NCBI GenBank assembly: GCA_038087875.1
Contig: JAXLNO010000599.1
Coordinates: 1 to 64,000 of the forward strand
Direction: 5' to 3'
Length of the DNA stretch: 64,000 nucleotides
From: Malacoraja senta
Taxonomy: Eukaryota
The notes under the pieces are model-generated. The model did not search any database and was not told the DNA's origin. It saw only the letters and a program-made list of their open reading frames with translations. Within the stretch, counting starts at the first letter, position 1. Every line of letters starts with the position of its first letter. Positions 12,689 through 24,062 of the stretch are shown one piece after another. The translations under genes and the position numbers were made by a program.

Positions 12689-13020
12689 CTAGACCAAGTG
12701 GGACCCGTTGGGCCCCATCCCCGAAGCGGGGGTGGGGGGGCGGCATCACATGGGAGGGCTGGTCCCCGAACGCCTCTCACCCCAGAGACAGACACCCCCC
12801 GGAGCCAATCACCCCCTTCACCCGTTCCCCCAACGTAACCCGTTCCCCCAATGTAACCCGTTCCCCCAACGCAACCCGTTTCCACCACTCACCCGTTTCC
12901 ACCACTCACTGTGCAGGTCATTTTAAACTTGGTAGGGCATTATGACGACATAACTATCTAACTGCCAGTGCAGATTTGAAGAAATCCAACTTTTAAATGT
13001 CACTTTAAAACTTTTTTAAT
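12689..13020 (-). mobile_element. Non-autonomous Helitron-like fragment (3' end), inverted relative to the adjacent array
   Basis: Reverse complement of the hairpin-ACTTGGTCTAG-T terminus at 12689-12716. Confidence 0.7.
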
Positions 13021-13345
13021 CATCTAGTATAAAAAACGAATATATTACTAAAACTCTCATCCTGTTTGTTTGTTTCTACGGGTTGCGTTGGTGGACCAGG
13101 CCTCCCGTGGGGGCTATGGGTGAGTGGTGGAATATTGCGTTAGAGAACGGGTTGCGTTGGTGGACCAGGCCTCCTGTGGGGTTATGGGCGAGGGGTCGAA
13201 TATTGCGTTGGGGGAACGGGTTGCATTGGGGGACCAGGCCTCCCATGTGACAGGGACCCAATGGGTCCCACTTGGTCTAGTATATTACTAAAACTCTCAT
13301 CTTGTTTCTATCTATCTATCTATCTGTCTATCTATCTATCTATCC

Positions 13346-13395
<50 letters not shown>

Positions 13396-13523
13396 GCAAA
13401 TTGGTACAAGATAGTGCTAAAACTTTGGCACCACCTTACTCACAATTGTCCTGTGGTGGTTTGTGTCAAGTTTCGTTCAGATTGATGTTATAGTTCACAA
13501 GTTATTAACATTTTTAGATTTAC

Positions 13524-14350
13524 CAAACCACAAAAGACACATGGGATGAAAGCTTACAATATATAAATCACTGTTCGTTAAATGCTAGACACTCCTTGAT
13601 ACAATTCAAAATACTATATAGACTACATTATTCGAAGGCAAAATTAAATTGGATTTTTCAAAATATTTCCCCTCTCTGTGCTAGATGTCAATTACAAGAA
13701 GCCAACTTAACGCATACCTTTGTAACGTATAAAAATTCAAAATTTTTGGGTGGACATTTTAAAAATTATTTCTGGTTCTCAATATCCAACTGGACCCAGA
13801 GCAAAAATTAATAATATTAGGACTATCAGAACATAGCACAACTTTACGATAAGTCAGATACAATTTCTTGATTACAGTCTAATAACTGCGAAAAAATTAA
13901 TACTAAAATTTTGGAAAAAACCAGCAGCCCCCACAATTAAAATGTGGATTATGGAAATGACTGAGACCTTTCATTTGGAAAAAATAAGATTTGTCTTAAT
14001 TGACAAACCAGAATTATTTGTTAGAATATGGTCTTCATTTATTGAATTTTTGAAAAAGTGAATTGGTTTTAGACAGAATCAGGGCTGAAACCTTAGTTTG
14101 GGATTGGATGAATAGTTATATACATTTCCTGGGTCTATCTCCACAATCTTGTTATTGGTAGTTTGCTTTTGCGTCTCCTTTTTTTCTCTATTAGTTTCTC
14201 TCATCTTTTTCTCTCTTTATCTTTATTCTTTAAAAAAAAATCTTAAAAAAAACCTGAAGCTATGTAAGAAATCTGTAATTAAATTGTCGCTTACTATTAT
14301 TTGTATACATGCTTCTAATAAAAATATTTTAAAAATAAAAAAAATAAAAA
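13524..14350 (+). mobile_element. L1 3' fragment (ORF2 Cys-rich end, 3' UTR, poly-A) inserted in Helitron unit 2
   Basis: IQFKILYRLHYSK...SPLCARC matches the C-terminus of ORF2 at 52241-56032. AATAAA and an A-rich tail at 14316-14351. Confidence 0.85.
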
Positions 14351-14844
14351 ACCCAATTTGACAAAAATGTTCTTCCCTGTGCTTACAGCTACGATGTCAC
14401 AATGGGATAGTAGCCCAGCTCGCAACATTGTTGCTATCCAAGTACACTGAGTCCTGCTAGCCCTAGCAAATGTAAATCCATTTTCTAAAGTCACAGTACA
14501 CTGAGTTCTGCTAGCTAATAAGTGCAATTGCATTTTTTTTTAATGTTTAAAAATGAGGGAGGGTGAATAAGGCAAAATGAGCAGCCCCTGCGCAATTGGG
14601 GGCTATGGGTGAGTGGTGGAATATTGCGTTGGGGTAACGGGTTGCGTTGGTGAAACGGGTGGACGTGTTGCATTGGGGAACGTGTTGCATTGGGGGACCA
14701 GGCCTCCCATGGGGGCAATGGGTGAGTGGTGGAATATTGCATTGAGGGAACAGGTTGCGTTGGGGGACCAGGCCTCCTGTGTGACAGGGACACAACGGGT
14801 CCCACTTGGTCTAGTATATTACTAAAACTCTCATCTTGTTTGCT

Positions 14845-14918
<74 letters not shown>

Positions 14919-15153
14919 CGTATGTATGTGATCACGGAACTACACAAAAATGGTACACGATAGCGCTAACATTTTTGCACCACCTTAGTCATAATTGTCC
15001 TATGGTGGTTTGTGTCATGTTTCGTTCAGATTGGTATTATATTTCACAAGTTATTTCACATTTTTAAATTTAAAAATCCAAATTTGTGAAAAAATCTTCC
15101 CTCTGCAGCTGTGACTTCACAATGGGATTGTAACCCTACCAGCTACAATGTTA

Positions 15154-15923
15154 TGGACCTGCCCCTATTAGACGATTTTTCAGGCATCTGCTGGCGACTG
15201 TCAAGTTGCCAGCAGTCGCCTGAAAAACGGGCAACTGGAACGGTGACTGTCAGAGTGGAACACACATACACACACACAAACACATCGCAAAGGCGGGGCC
15301 AGGGCAAGTGGGGGGAGCGCTGTCTGAAATTTACACGGTGCAAAGCCAAGGTGATACAGACACACACCGCAATGAACAGGAAGGTTGGCGCTGTAATTAT
15401 GACGGCTAACACAGTGTACGGTAAGTCCTTTAAAGGGGGGGGAGAATGGGGGAGAAGGAGGGAGAAGGAGTGGAGACAACTGTTAACAAGCCAGACAACA
15501 TTTAAGAAGCCAGAGATACACGGCTGTGAAGTTTGGCGGACATTTAACATTGAAGTTATCCTTGGTTCTGAAAACTACTGCTTATGTTTTTTTTCCCCTA
15601 ATGAGCCAATGAAATTCACCGGTCAGCACCAGCTACAGCCTGCAGGAACCTAAGAGAACTTTCGATCTCCTGGCAACCCACTAGGACCTCCTTGCGACTC
15701 ACATATGGCTCGAGAATTCTCGCTACTCTCCATGGCGGTTTCATTCTAGTCCCCGCTAATGTTGAAAAATTCTAGGCGACCATAATGAGTTCCCAGAATG
15801 TGGGAACTCCTCACGACCATGAAGGCGACTCCCCGGTAACCACCCGCGAACATGTGGCGACCGTGCGGCGACTGCAGAGTCTCCTGCAGTCACCTAAAAA
15901 GTCGCCTACGTGGGACAGGCCCA
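15154..15923. mobile_element. PIF/Harbinger-type MITE inserted in Helitron unit 3
   Basis: Degenerate TIRs TGGACCTGCCCC.../...GTGGGACAGGCCCA, with TTA on both sides (15151-15153, 15924-15926). Confidence 0.7.
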
Positions 15924-17155
15924 TTACAATCCTAGGTCACTCAGTCCTGCAATGTTGCAATCCCTTTTTTTATATTCCTGGCAGCAAGTATATTCCTGGC
16001 AGCATGGAGGGAGGGTGCATTTAAAAAATATATTTTAAAGTCACAGTATTTTTTTTAAAGTTTAAAATGAGGGAGGGTGAATAAGGTGAAATGATCAGCC
16101 TCTGCACAGTTGGGGGCTATGGGTGAGTGGTGGAATATTGCGTTGGGGAACGGGTTGCATTGGGGAAATGGGTGAGTGGTGGAATATTGCCTTGGGGAAC
16201 AGGTTACGTTGGGGGACCAGGCCTCCCGTGGGGGGCTATGTGTGAGTGGTGGAATATTGCGTTGAGGGAACGGGTTGCGTTGGGGGACCAGGCTTCCTGT
16301 GTGACAGGGATCCCACGGGTCCCACTTGTATATAACTAAATGTCCCATCTTGTATGTATGTTCACGAAATACAGCCAAAACGGTACACAATAGCGCAACA
16401 ATTTTAGGGGCGCCTTACTCACCATTCGTCTGGGGTGTGCTGTATCAAGTTTCGTTCGATTTGACAATTAAAAATGGCGTTGGGCGCGGCAACCCACCCC
16501 CAACTGCGCACGTGCGGATACCGGGCCCGGCAACCCTCCCCAACTGCGCAGTCGCGGCTGACGGGATGAGATCGCCATTTTCAGATCGCAATTTTCAGAT
16601 TTTTGATGTATTCTTCCGTGTGACAGGGACCCAACGGGTCCAAGGGTCGTCTAGTAGTTTACTAAAATGTATTACTCATTGTTTTCTTATTTGCATTAAT
16701 TTAGAAGTTTTCAAACGTCTCAGAAGACTTTTAATCTAACTTTACCTCCTGAAGTAGTGGAGCAGTAACGGAACTACTCAGCGTGGCTTTGAAGATGCCT
16801 CCTGACTCCAATGTGTGGCGGGAGCAACATCCATAATGCAACACAGTGGCTCCTTTGTGTCACCGGTGCTTTCACTATAGAAGGCCTTGAGCAGCCACAT
16901 GAGCGGCAATGATGCTATGGGTGTAAGTGAAAAGAAATGTCCTAACATGACTGGGATATGGAATAGTTTGACAGAGTCTAAGAATGCATTAAGAGTTTTG
17001 AGCCTTTTGTACTTTCAGATTAGCAACTCCCAAACAGTTCGGTTTCTGCAGGATGGATCGGGGTAAAGTTGCCACATGACATCTGAAGTGTTCAAGATAT
17101 TCTGAGAAGAATCAGAAAAAAGCTAACAGGAGATCACACCATGTAACAGGTCTTA

Positions 17156-17410
17156 CATAGAAACATAGAAACATAGAAAATAGGTGCAGGAGTAGGCCAT
17201 TCGGCCCTTCGAGCCTGCACCGCCATTCGATATGATCATGGCTGATCATCCAACTCAGTATCCCATCCCTGCCTTCTCTCCATACCCCCTGATCCCTTTA
17301 GCCACAAGGGCCACATCTAACTCCCTCTTAAATATAGCCAATGAACTGGCCTCAACTGGCAGAGAATTCCACAGATTCACCACTCTCTGTGTAAAAAATG
17401 ATTTTCTCTT
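17156..17410 (-). mobile_element. CR1 3' end fragment
   Basis: Near-identical reverse complement of the CR1 3' end at ~46980-47228, with an (ACATAGAA)n tail. Confidence 0.85.
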
Positions 17411-18656
17411 AGCCCTTGATTGTTACAAATGTTCACATTTTAAATCTCAGCCAGGGAAATCTTCCCGGACACCATCGTAGGCACAGTCCCAGAATGTAAC
17501 CGTTTACAGAGTTTACAGCACAGAAATTCATTCCATATACCCACCAACATCTGCGTGGGTATACTCAGATTCCTATTAAATCTTTCCCTTTGAGCGTCAT
17601 ACGCAATCTTCAAAACTTCAGAGAATGAGGCTACTGTGCTCTGCAGTGTGGTCATCTCTCCATTTTAACCATGTGCTGCTTTCATCCTTCAGTAAGATAG
17701 ATTTGTACTGAATCTTACTTACAAATAACTCAAAAGTCCCACTAAATTAACCCCCAGAGCAGTTTCTTTTCTGTCGGTCGGTGTGTGATGACAAGAATCC
17801 AGCCTTCAAAAATTGCTTTCTTGTTCAGAGTCAATTTTAACTCCATTTATAAACTCCAGGTTTATAACCTGCAACAGATTTAAGTTGAACTATTTAATCC
17901 TCTATTAAAGTTGTGGATTCCATCATTTGTGAGTCCATTGAGTAACATCCTTGTAACACAGGCAACAATCAGTGATAACTAGCTATTTCAGTTAAAACTT
18001 CTATTGTGGAGCTGAAAGATTAAGAATAAGAATTATGAGGTTTATCATTATATAACTAACTTACTTTACAGGCACTGTACTATTTTGTACATGTGTTTCT
18101 CAGAGAATGAAACTGGAGCTGCTATTTCATATTCATCATCTTCAGGTCGATTGTTTGTTTTTGTTTGATTGTTTTTGTGATATTCTGGAGGCAGAAATAT
18201 ATTTTTCTGGCTACATCTGGATCAAAGAAAGCCAGAGCATTGCTGCTGAAAAAAAGTACTTTGTTCCATTTTCCCTCACAACATCAAAAAATATTATAGT
18301 CTTACTGTTTGAACATTCTGTATTTTTCTAGTGAATTAGAAACATCAAGTTCAAAGTATTATTTGTAAATGTCAACATGACAAGCATTTTAATTTATCTT
18401 GTACATACTTTACTGAACAATATCAATAGGTGACAATTTGTTATGAATATTCTATTTCTTAGCGAACAATTGACAGACAGAAATCAATTTCTCATGGATC
18501 AATTTAATGTAAAATAGGAATAATTCATTTTAACGTTGAGGAGACATATTATCTGTGCTCCTATTTTTTTAGTTAATCATTTCCAGGTGGCTTTATTCAA
18601 AACTATTCAAGTTGATTCGCTTTTCTGTTATTCTTTCAGAAGTTGTTTCCAATGAA

Positions 18657-18870
18657 ACGGACATCTTTAGTCTCTCCCTACTCCGTCCTGAGGTGCCGAC
18701 CTGCTTCAAGAAGACTACTATCATCCAGGTGCCAGAGAAAAGCAAGATTTCATGCCTTGATGTCATCCGTCCAGTGGCTTTGACATCCACCATCATGAAG
18801 TGCATTGAGAGGCTGGTTAAGGCACACATTAAATCCAGCCTATCGAGCAACCTAGATCCACTGCAATTCG
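18657..18870 (+). mobile_element. Rex1/Babar-type LINE RT fragment
   Basis: [31 protein letters not shown] and LDPLQF. Confidence 0.75.
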
Positions 18871-19079
18871 TAAAGCCTGAGATCACCAGGCCTCCTGGTG
18901 CTGAGCTGCCGGAATAAACCTGGAATTGCCAGCACCACCGCACATGCACCCTAATGGTGAGGGACAGCACACCCATGCAATGTCCTGGACCTTCTTACGC
19001 CTGTAATTAAAATATATCATGTGTGCTCACCTTCATGCCGTGCCGGTGTGGTCAGTCCCGAACCTGGTGTCGTAATCGA

Positions 19080-20561
19080 TGCCATAGTACATATAAAAAG
19101 CTCAAGTTCTTTCCTACTCGCTGTATATACCTCATTAGCCCCATCTGATGCCACCTACTTAATCCTGACATACGGTTCCCTTTTCTTTCTGACCAAGTTT
19201 ACAACCTCCTTGGTCATCCATGGTTCCTTTATTTTGGCATCCATATCCCACCTCCATACTGAAACATGCTGATCCTGCACTTGATCAGCTGGCCTTTAAA
19301 TGACTCCTTTGTGGACTTACCCAATAACACCAGATCCCAATCTACCCTCCTTAGTTCCTGTCTAATGACATTGTAATTTTCCATGGCCCAATTATGTATC
19401 TTCCCCCAACATCCAGACCTGTCCCTATTCAAAACATTCATAAAACTTATGAAGTTGTGATCACTATCCCCAAAGTCTTCTTTCATCACAACACCAGTCA
19501 CCTGGCCAGGTTTGTTTCCCAACACAAAGTCTAATATTGTCCCTCCTCGAGTTGGATTATGAACATACTTTTTAAGAAAACCACCTTGGATGCACCTAAT
19601 AGATTCTACCCCATCTAATCTTCTTGCCCTGAGCAAGTCCCAGTCAATATTGGGGAAGTTAAAGTCACCCACTACAACAACCCTGTGGTTCTTGCATCCT
19701 TCTGTAATCTGTGTATATATCTGATTCTCTATCTCCCGCTGGCTATTTGGTGGCCTATAATTTAAATCCCATTTCTCCTTTCTTTTGAGCTCAACCCATA
19801 ATGCCTGAAGAAGGGTTCCGACCTTATCGCCACCTGTTCCTTTTCTCCATAGATGATGCCTGACCCGTTGAGTTACTCCAGCATTTTGTGTCTATCTTCC
19901 ATAATGCCTCCAGTATGTCCTCTGAGTACAACCATGCCATTCACCCTGATTAGCAAAGCAACTCCTCCACCTCTTTTACCCCCCCACCCCCCCCCGGTCT
20001 CATCTGAAACATCAAAACCCAGGCATGTTGAGCTGACAGTCATGCCCCACTCTCAACCAGGTTTGTGTAATGGCTACAACATCATAACTCCAAGCTCCAA
20101 TCCACGCTCTAAATTCATCAGCTTTACCCACAATCCTCCATGCATTAAAGTAAACACACTTCAGCCATTGATTATCCCCATGAACCTCTCCCTGCTTGTT
20201 TTTCCTTTGAGACTTACTTATCATAACCTCCACTTTCTCATCAAGCCTTTCACTTGTTGACCTGCTGCTCTGGTTCCTACCCTTCTGCCATTCCAGTTTA
20301 AACCCTCCCAATGAGCACTAGCAAACCTCCCTGCAAGGATGTTGGTGCCGCTGCAGTTCAGGTGCAACCCCTCCCTTTTCTACAGATCACTTCTACCCCA
20401 GGAGAGATCCCAATGGTCCAAAAATCTAAATCCCATTCCCCTGCATCAACTCCTCAGCCACGCATTCATCTGTCCTATCCTATTGCTACCCTAACTAACA
20501 CCTAGCAGCGCTAGTAATAAGAGATTACCACCCTTGAGCTCCTGCATTTTAAATTTTTGGC
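19080..20561 (-). mobile_element. Old CR1 fragment (endonuclease and ORF1/ORF2 junction); continues briefly after 22466
   Basis: MGDFNFPNIDW, LDFVLGN, GDSDHN and LKCVYFNA motifs. Confidence 0.85.
19805..19898 (+). mobile_element. Solo Penelope pLTR-derived insert with a degenerate hammerhead core
   Basis: CTGAAGAAGGG...GAGTTACTCCAGCATTTTGTGTC, with 11-bp TSD CCATAATGCCT (19796-19806, 19899-19909). Confidence 0.75.
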
Positions 20562-20564
20562 TAA

Positions 20565-20741
20565 AGGGCCTGTCCCACTTGAGCGCCCTAATCCGCGAGT
20601 CCAGAGAGTGCCTTCGCCCTTCAAGCTCGAGGGCACTCTCCTGGAAAGCCTCGAACTGGATCGACGGGTCGTGTTGAAACCGCGAGCTGGATCGACCACA
20701 CGCGCACGCGCACGCACACACACACACACACACGCGCGCGC

Positions 20742-20794
<53 letters not shown>

Positions 20795-22463
20795 CACACA
20801 CCCCCCCCCCCCGCCGAAGGTGTGGGCCAGGGATAGCGGAGGAGTGCTGTCTGCGCGATGAAGATAAAGGTAAACGGCTGCCACAAAGTACCGTAAAGCC
20901 CCTGTACCACTTTCACTACCTAATTGGTGACCTCTGCCGAGTTTGCCCTTGACTCATACTCGCAGCATGGTCGCCAGGAGGTTGTAGGAGGTCGTAGGAG
21001 GTCTTCGTAAAGGGCCTGTCCCACTTTCACGACCTAATTCACGACCTCTGCCGAGTTTGCCCTTGACTCATACTCGCAGCATGGGCATCACGAGGTCGTA
21101 GGAGGTCGTAGGTAGGTCGTAGCAGGCCGTGATGCTAGTCATAGGTACTCGTGGTATCAAGTAGGTCGGGGCGTTTTTTCTAACCTGATGAAAAATGTCC
21201 ACGAGTAAAAAAGGTTGTGACTCTTCCTCATGCTTGTGAGTGGTCTCCGCGTACCCGTGGCCTCAAGTAGGTCGCAGCGTTTTTTCCAGCCTGATAAAAA
21301 ATGTCCATGAGTAAACAAAAGGTCGGCATGGAAAAGATTGACACTTTTTACTTGTTGGTAGGTTGTAGGTAGGTCGTAGTAGGTTGTGATGGTAGTCGTA
21401 GGTAGTCGTAGATAGTCATAGGTCGGTAACTGAGAAAAAAAATACAAACATGACAATTTTATCGTGTGATCATTTTCCACTCGTAGTCGTAGTTGGTCTT
21501 AGTGTGGAAGACTGAGGTCGGGGGGGGGGTCGTAGGAGGTCGTAGACATAGTCGTAGGCGATCGTAGACATAGTCGTAGTTGGTCTTAGGTGTGGAAGAC
21601 TGAGGACGAGGGGGGGGTCGTAGGAGGTCATAGACATAGTCGTAGGCGATCGTAGACATAGTCGTAGTTGGTCTTAGGTGTGGAAGACTGAGGACGGGGG
21701 GGGTCGTAGGAGGTCGTAGACATAGTCGTAGGCGATCGTAGACATAGTCGTAGTTGGTCTTAGGTGTGGAAGACTGAGGTCGGGGGGGGGTCGTAGGAGG
21801 TCGTAGACATAGTCGTAGGCGATCGTAGACATAGTCGTAGGAGGTCTTTTACTTTGACGAGTCAACACGACCTTGACATTTTTTTCGTGTAGGGTCTTCT
21901 AAACTTGTGGATTAGGTCGTCCAAGTGGGACAGGCCCTTAAGTCCTTTAGAGAGCGTGGGGGTGGGGGGGTGGGGGGGAGAGAAGGGGAGAGAAGGAGAG
22001 AGAAGAAGAGAAGGGGAGAGAAGGAGAGAAAAGGGAGACATAAGGGGAGAGAAGGGGGAGGAGAAGGAGTGGAGACACTTTTAAGAAGTTCAATAAAATT
22101 AGCAGGCATTTTACCTACCGATAGGTCTTCCTGGGTCGTGAAACTCCAATGAGCCAATCAAAATGTCTGGTCAGAGAATGAGATGGCCTACGGCTGCCTT
22201 CGAGTGCCTGTAAGTAAATAGCGACCCCACTCCACTGCCCTACGAGTGAAAAAGACCCATGCCGACCAAATTTCAACATGCTAAAAAAAATTCCGCGAAC
22301 TAGCTGAGGCCGCGAGTAGGCGGGAACCTCCCTCGAGCATGAAGGAGAGTTCCAGCCACCTCATACGACCTCCTAGGACCTCATGTCAACCATGCAGCGA
22401 GTTTGAGTCCAGGGCAAACTCTTCTAAACTCGCAGCTTAGGTTGCCCAAGTGGGACAGGCCCT
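20565..22463. mobile_element. PIF/Harbinger-type MITE containing a nested related MITE (20897-21938)
   Basis: Outer TIRs AGGGCCTGTCCCACTT/AAGTGGGACAGGCCCT flanked by TAA/TTA. The inner element is flanked by TAA at 20894-20896 and 21939-21941. Confidence 0.8.
21485..21845 (+). repeat. ~87-bp minisatellite, about 4 copies, rich in GTCGTAG
   Basis: GTAGTTGGTCTTAG recurs at 21489, 21576, 21664 and 21750. Confidence 0.9.
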
Positions 22464-22942
22464 TTACTCCTTATATTCACTCTGCAGAACCTAATCCCTT
22501 TTCCTATCTATGTCTTTGTACAGTTGATCAGTTGATCAAACTTTTCTCTTTTATTATTGCAATGAAATAGAGAGCTCATACTGCTGACTTGGAACATATT
22601 GGACCCCAGTAGCATGGTCTGAGTAGTGGGCAGGCCTCCAATAATGTACTGATGAAGCCCTATCCATTTAAGAGCAGGCACAGTGCTGCTCCATCTTTTT
22701 CAGCTGACCCTGCAATCATCATTGAAATCAATGGGGCTGAGCAACATGCACAAAGATGGGAGAACCACAGCCTGAGCGTTAATGCTTGGAAATGTCAGCA
22801 AAAATTATTTCTCAACTACAAATGTCTAGTCCTGAATTTGTTGGTATTTACCCACCACATTTTGGTTAATACTTAGGAATATTTCATCTGGCCACCATAG
22901 TGTATAACTATCCTTGTGTTACAAAAATATCAAACCATAACT

Positions 22943-23255
22943 GGGCGGCACAATGGCGTGGCGGTAGCGTTGCTGTCTTACAGTGCCAGAGACCCGGGTT
23001 CGATCCTGACTAGAGGTGCTGTCTGTACGGAATTTGTACGTTCTCCCTGTGACCTGTTAGCTTTCTGTGTGTGCTCTGGTTTTTTCCCCCACTCCAAAGA
23101 CGTACAGATTTGCAGGTTCATTGGCTTGGTAAAATTGTAAATTGTCCCATTGTGTGTGGAATAGTGTTAGTTTATGGGGATCTCTGGTTGGCACGGACTC
23201 GGTGGGCCGAAGGGCCTGTTTCCACACTGTATCTCCAATCTAAACTAAACTAAAC
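22943..23255 (+). mobile_element. tRNA-derived SINE (HE1/V-SINE type) with a CR1/HER1-like tail
   Basis: A-box-like TGGCGTGGCGG and B box GGTTCGATCC, V-domain-like core, and tail GGGCCGAAGGGCCTGTTTCC...(CTAAA)n. Confidence 0.85.
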
Positions 23256-23941
23256 ATATGCTAAAGGCCTTTCTCCCAATTTGTATTTGTTAGAACACAA
23301 ATACCTGAATTTCCTCGTGTTTTCTGTAACTGTACCAATCTCTCGACTTGAACACATCTGACAATAAAATTGGTCTTGTTCTCAAGACACTGTCCTATAC
23401 ATGAGTTTGTATCAGATTTGTACTCTTCTTTTTACAAATTACAATTTTCAAGCACAGAAGGAAACATTTATTCTTCAATTGATTTATTTTATAGTGTTCT
23501 GTGCATTTAAAAATATTACAGAATTGAGATCTGTGCAATATTTTCTGTTTCTTTGAATGGCAGCAGTATGTCATATTATAAGTTGGTTTTTTTTCCAAAA
23601 TGCGATGTGTTAATATTAATATTGATTGAACGAAGCAAAAGTTTAATTTTCATACTTAAACAAATATATGGTGAGGATCTCCAACCCGTGAGATTCTAAT
23701 GTCTACCCATACCCATGTGTTCACTTGCATTACTACTGTAATATCTCATCATCATCATCATAAGAGATCACCATTAAACAGAAACTGGAACTTTGAAGGC
23801 TGGATTCCTGTTTTTCGTGAGTGACCTCCTATCAACCCAAAGCCTTGCTAATATCTTCAAGACATAAGACATACCCTTTAATCAAGAAGCTTGGGACAAA
23901 CCAGCCCACTTGATTGTTACTCTATCCACGTCCATATTTAG

Positions 23942-24062
23942 AACAAAAGGTGCTGGAGTAGCTCAACGGGTCAGGCAGCATCTGTGGAGGACATGGATAG
24001 GTGACGATTCAGGTTGGTACCCTTCTTCGAATTGATTGTAGTGGGGCGGCGGGACAAAGTCT
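23942..24062 (-). mobile_element. Penelope pLTR-derived fragment, followed by a CR1 3' end (~24100-24240, +)
   Basis: Homologous to 2740-2850; the hammerhead core is degenerate. Confidence 0.65.

Larger units (their letters stand above)
13041..16654 (+). mobile_element. Head-to-tail array of four non-autonomous Helitron-like units (13041-13280, 13281-14814, 14815-16328, 16329-16654)
   Basis: Each unit starts TATA(T/A)ACTAAA and ends in a GGGACCC-AAY-GGGTCC(C)-type hairpin. CTAG follows at 13277, 14811 and 16651 (missing in unit 3). Internal (ATCT)n and GGGGGAACGGGTTGCGTT minisatellites; no TSD. Confidence 0.75.

Noticed and set aside
13261..13493. SIYL-, THAR- and VCVR-repeat ORFs (also 14726-15067, 20491-20952, 245-790)
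   Set aside because: These are translations of (ATCT)n and (CA/CACG)n microsatellites.
17440..17655. 71-aa ORF in unique sequence as a host exon
   Set aside because: There is an in-frame stop just upstream, no clear splice sites and no recognisable domain.
21485..21845. Regular repeats as a CRISPR-like array
   Set aside because: The units are whole tandem copies with no unique spacers, there are no cas genes, and the context is a eukaryotic MITE.
22943..23015. tRNA gene
   Set aside because: The Pol III boxes belong to the SINE head; there is no complete cloverleaf and the sequence continues into SINE body and LINE tail.
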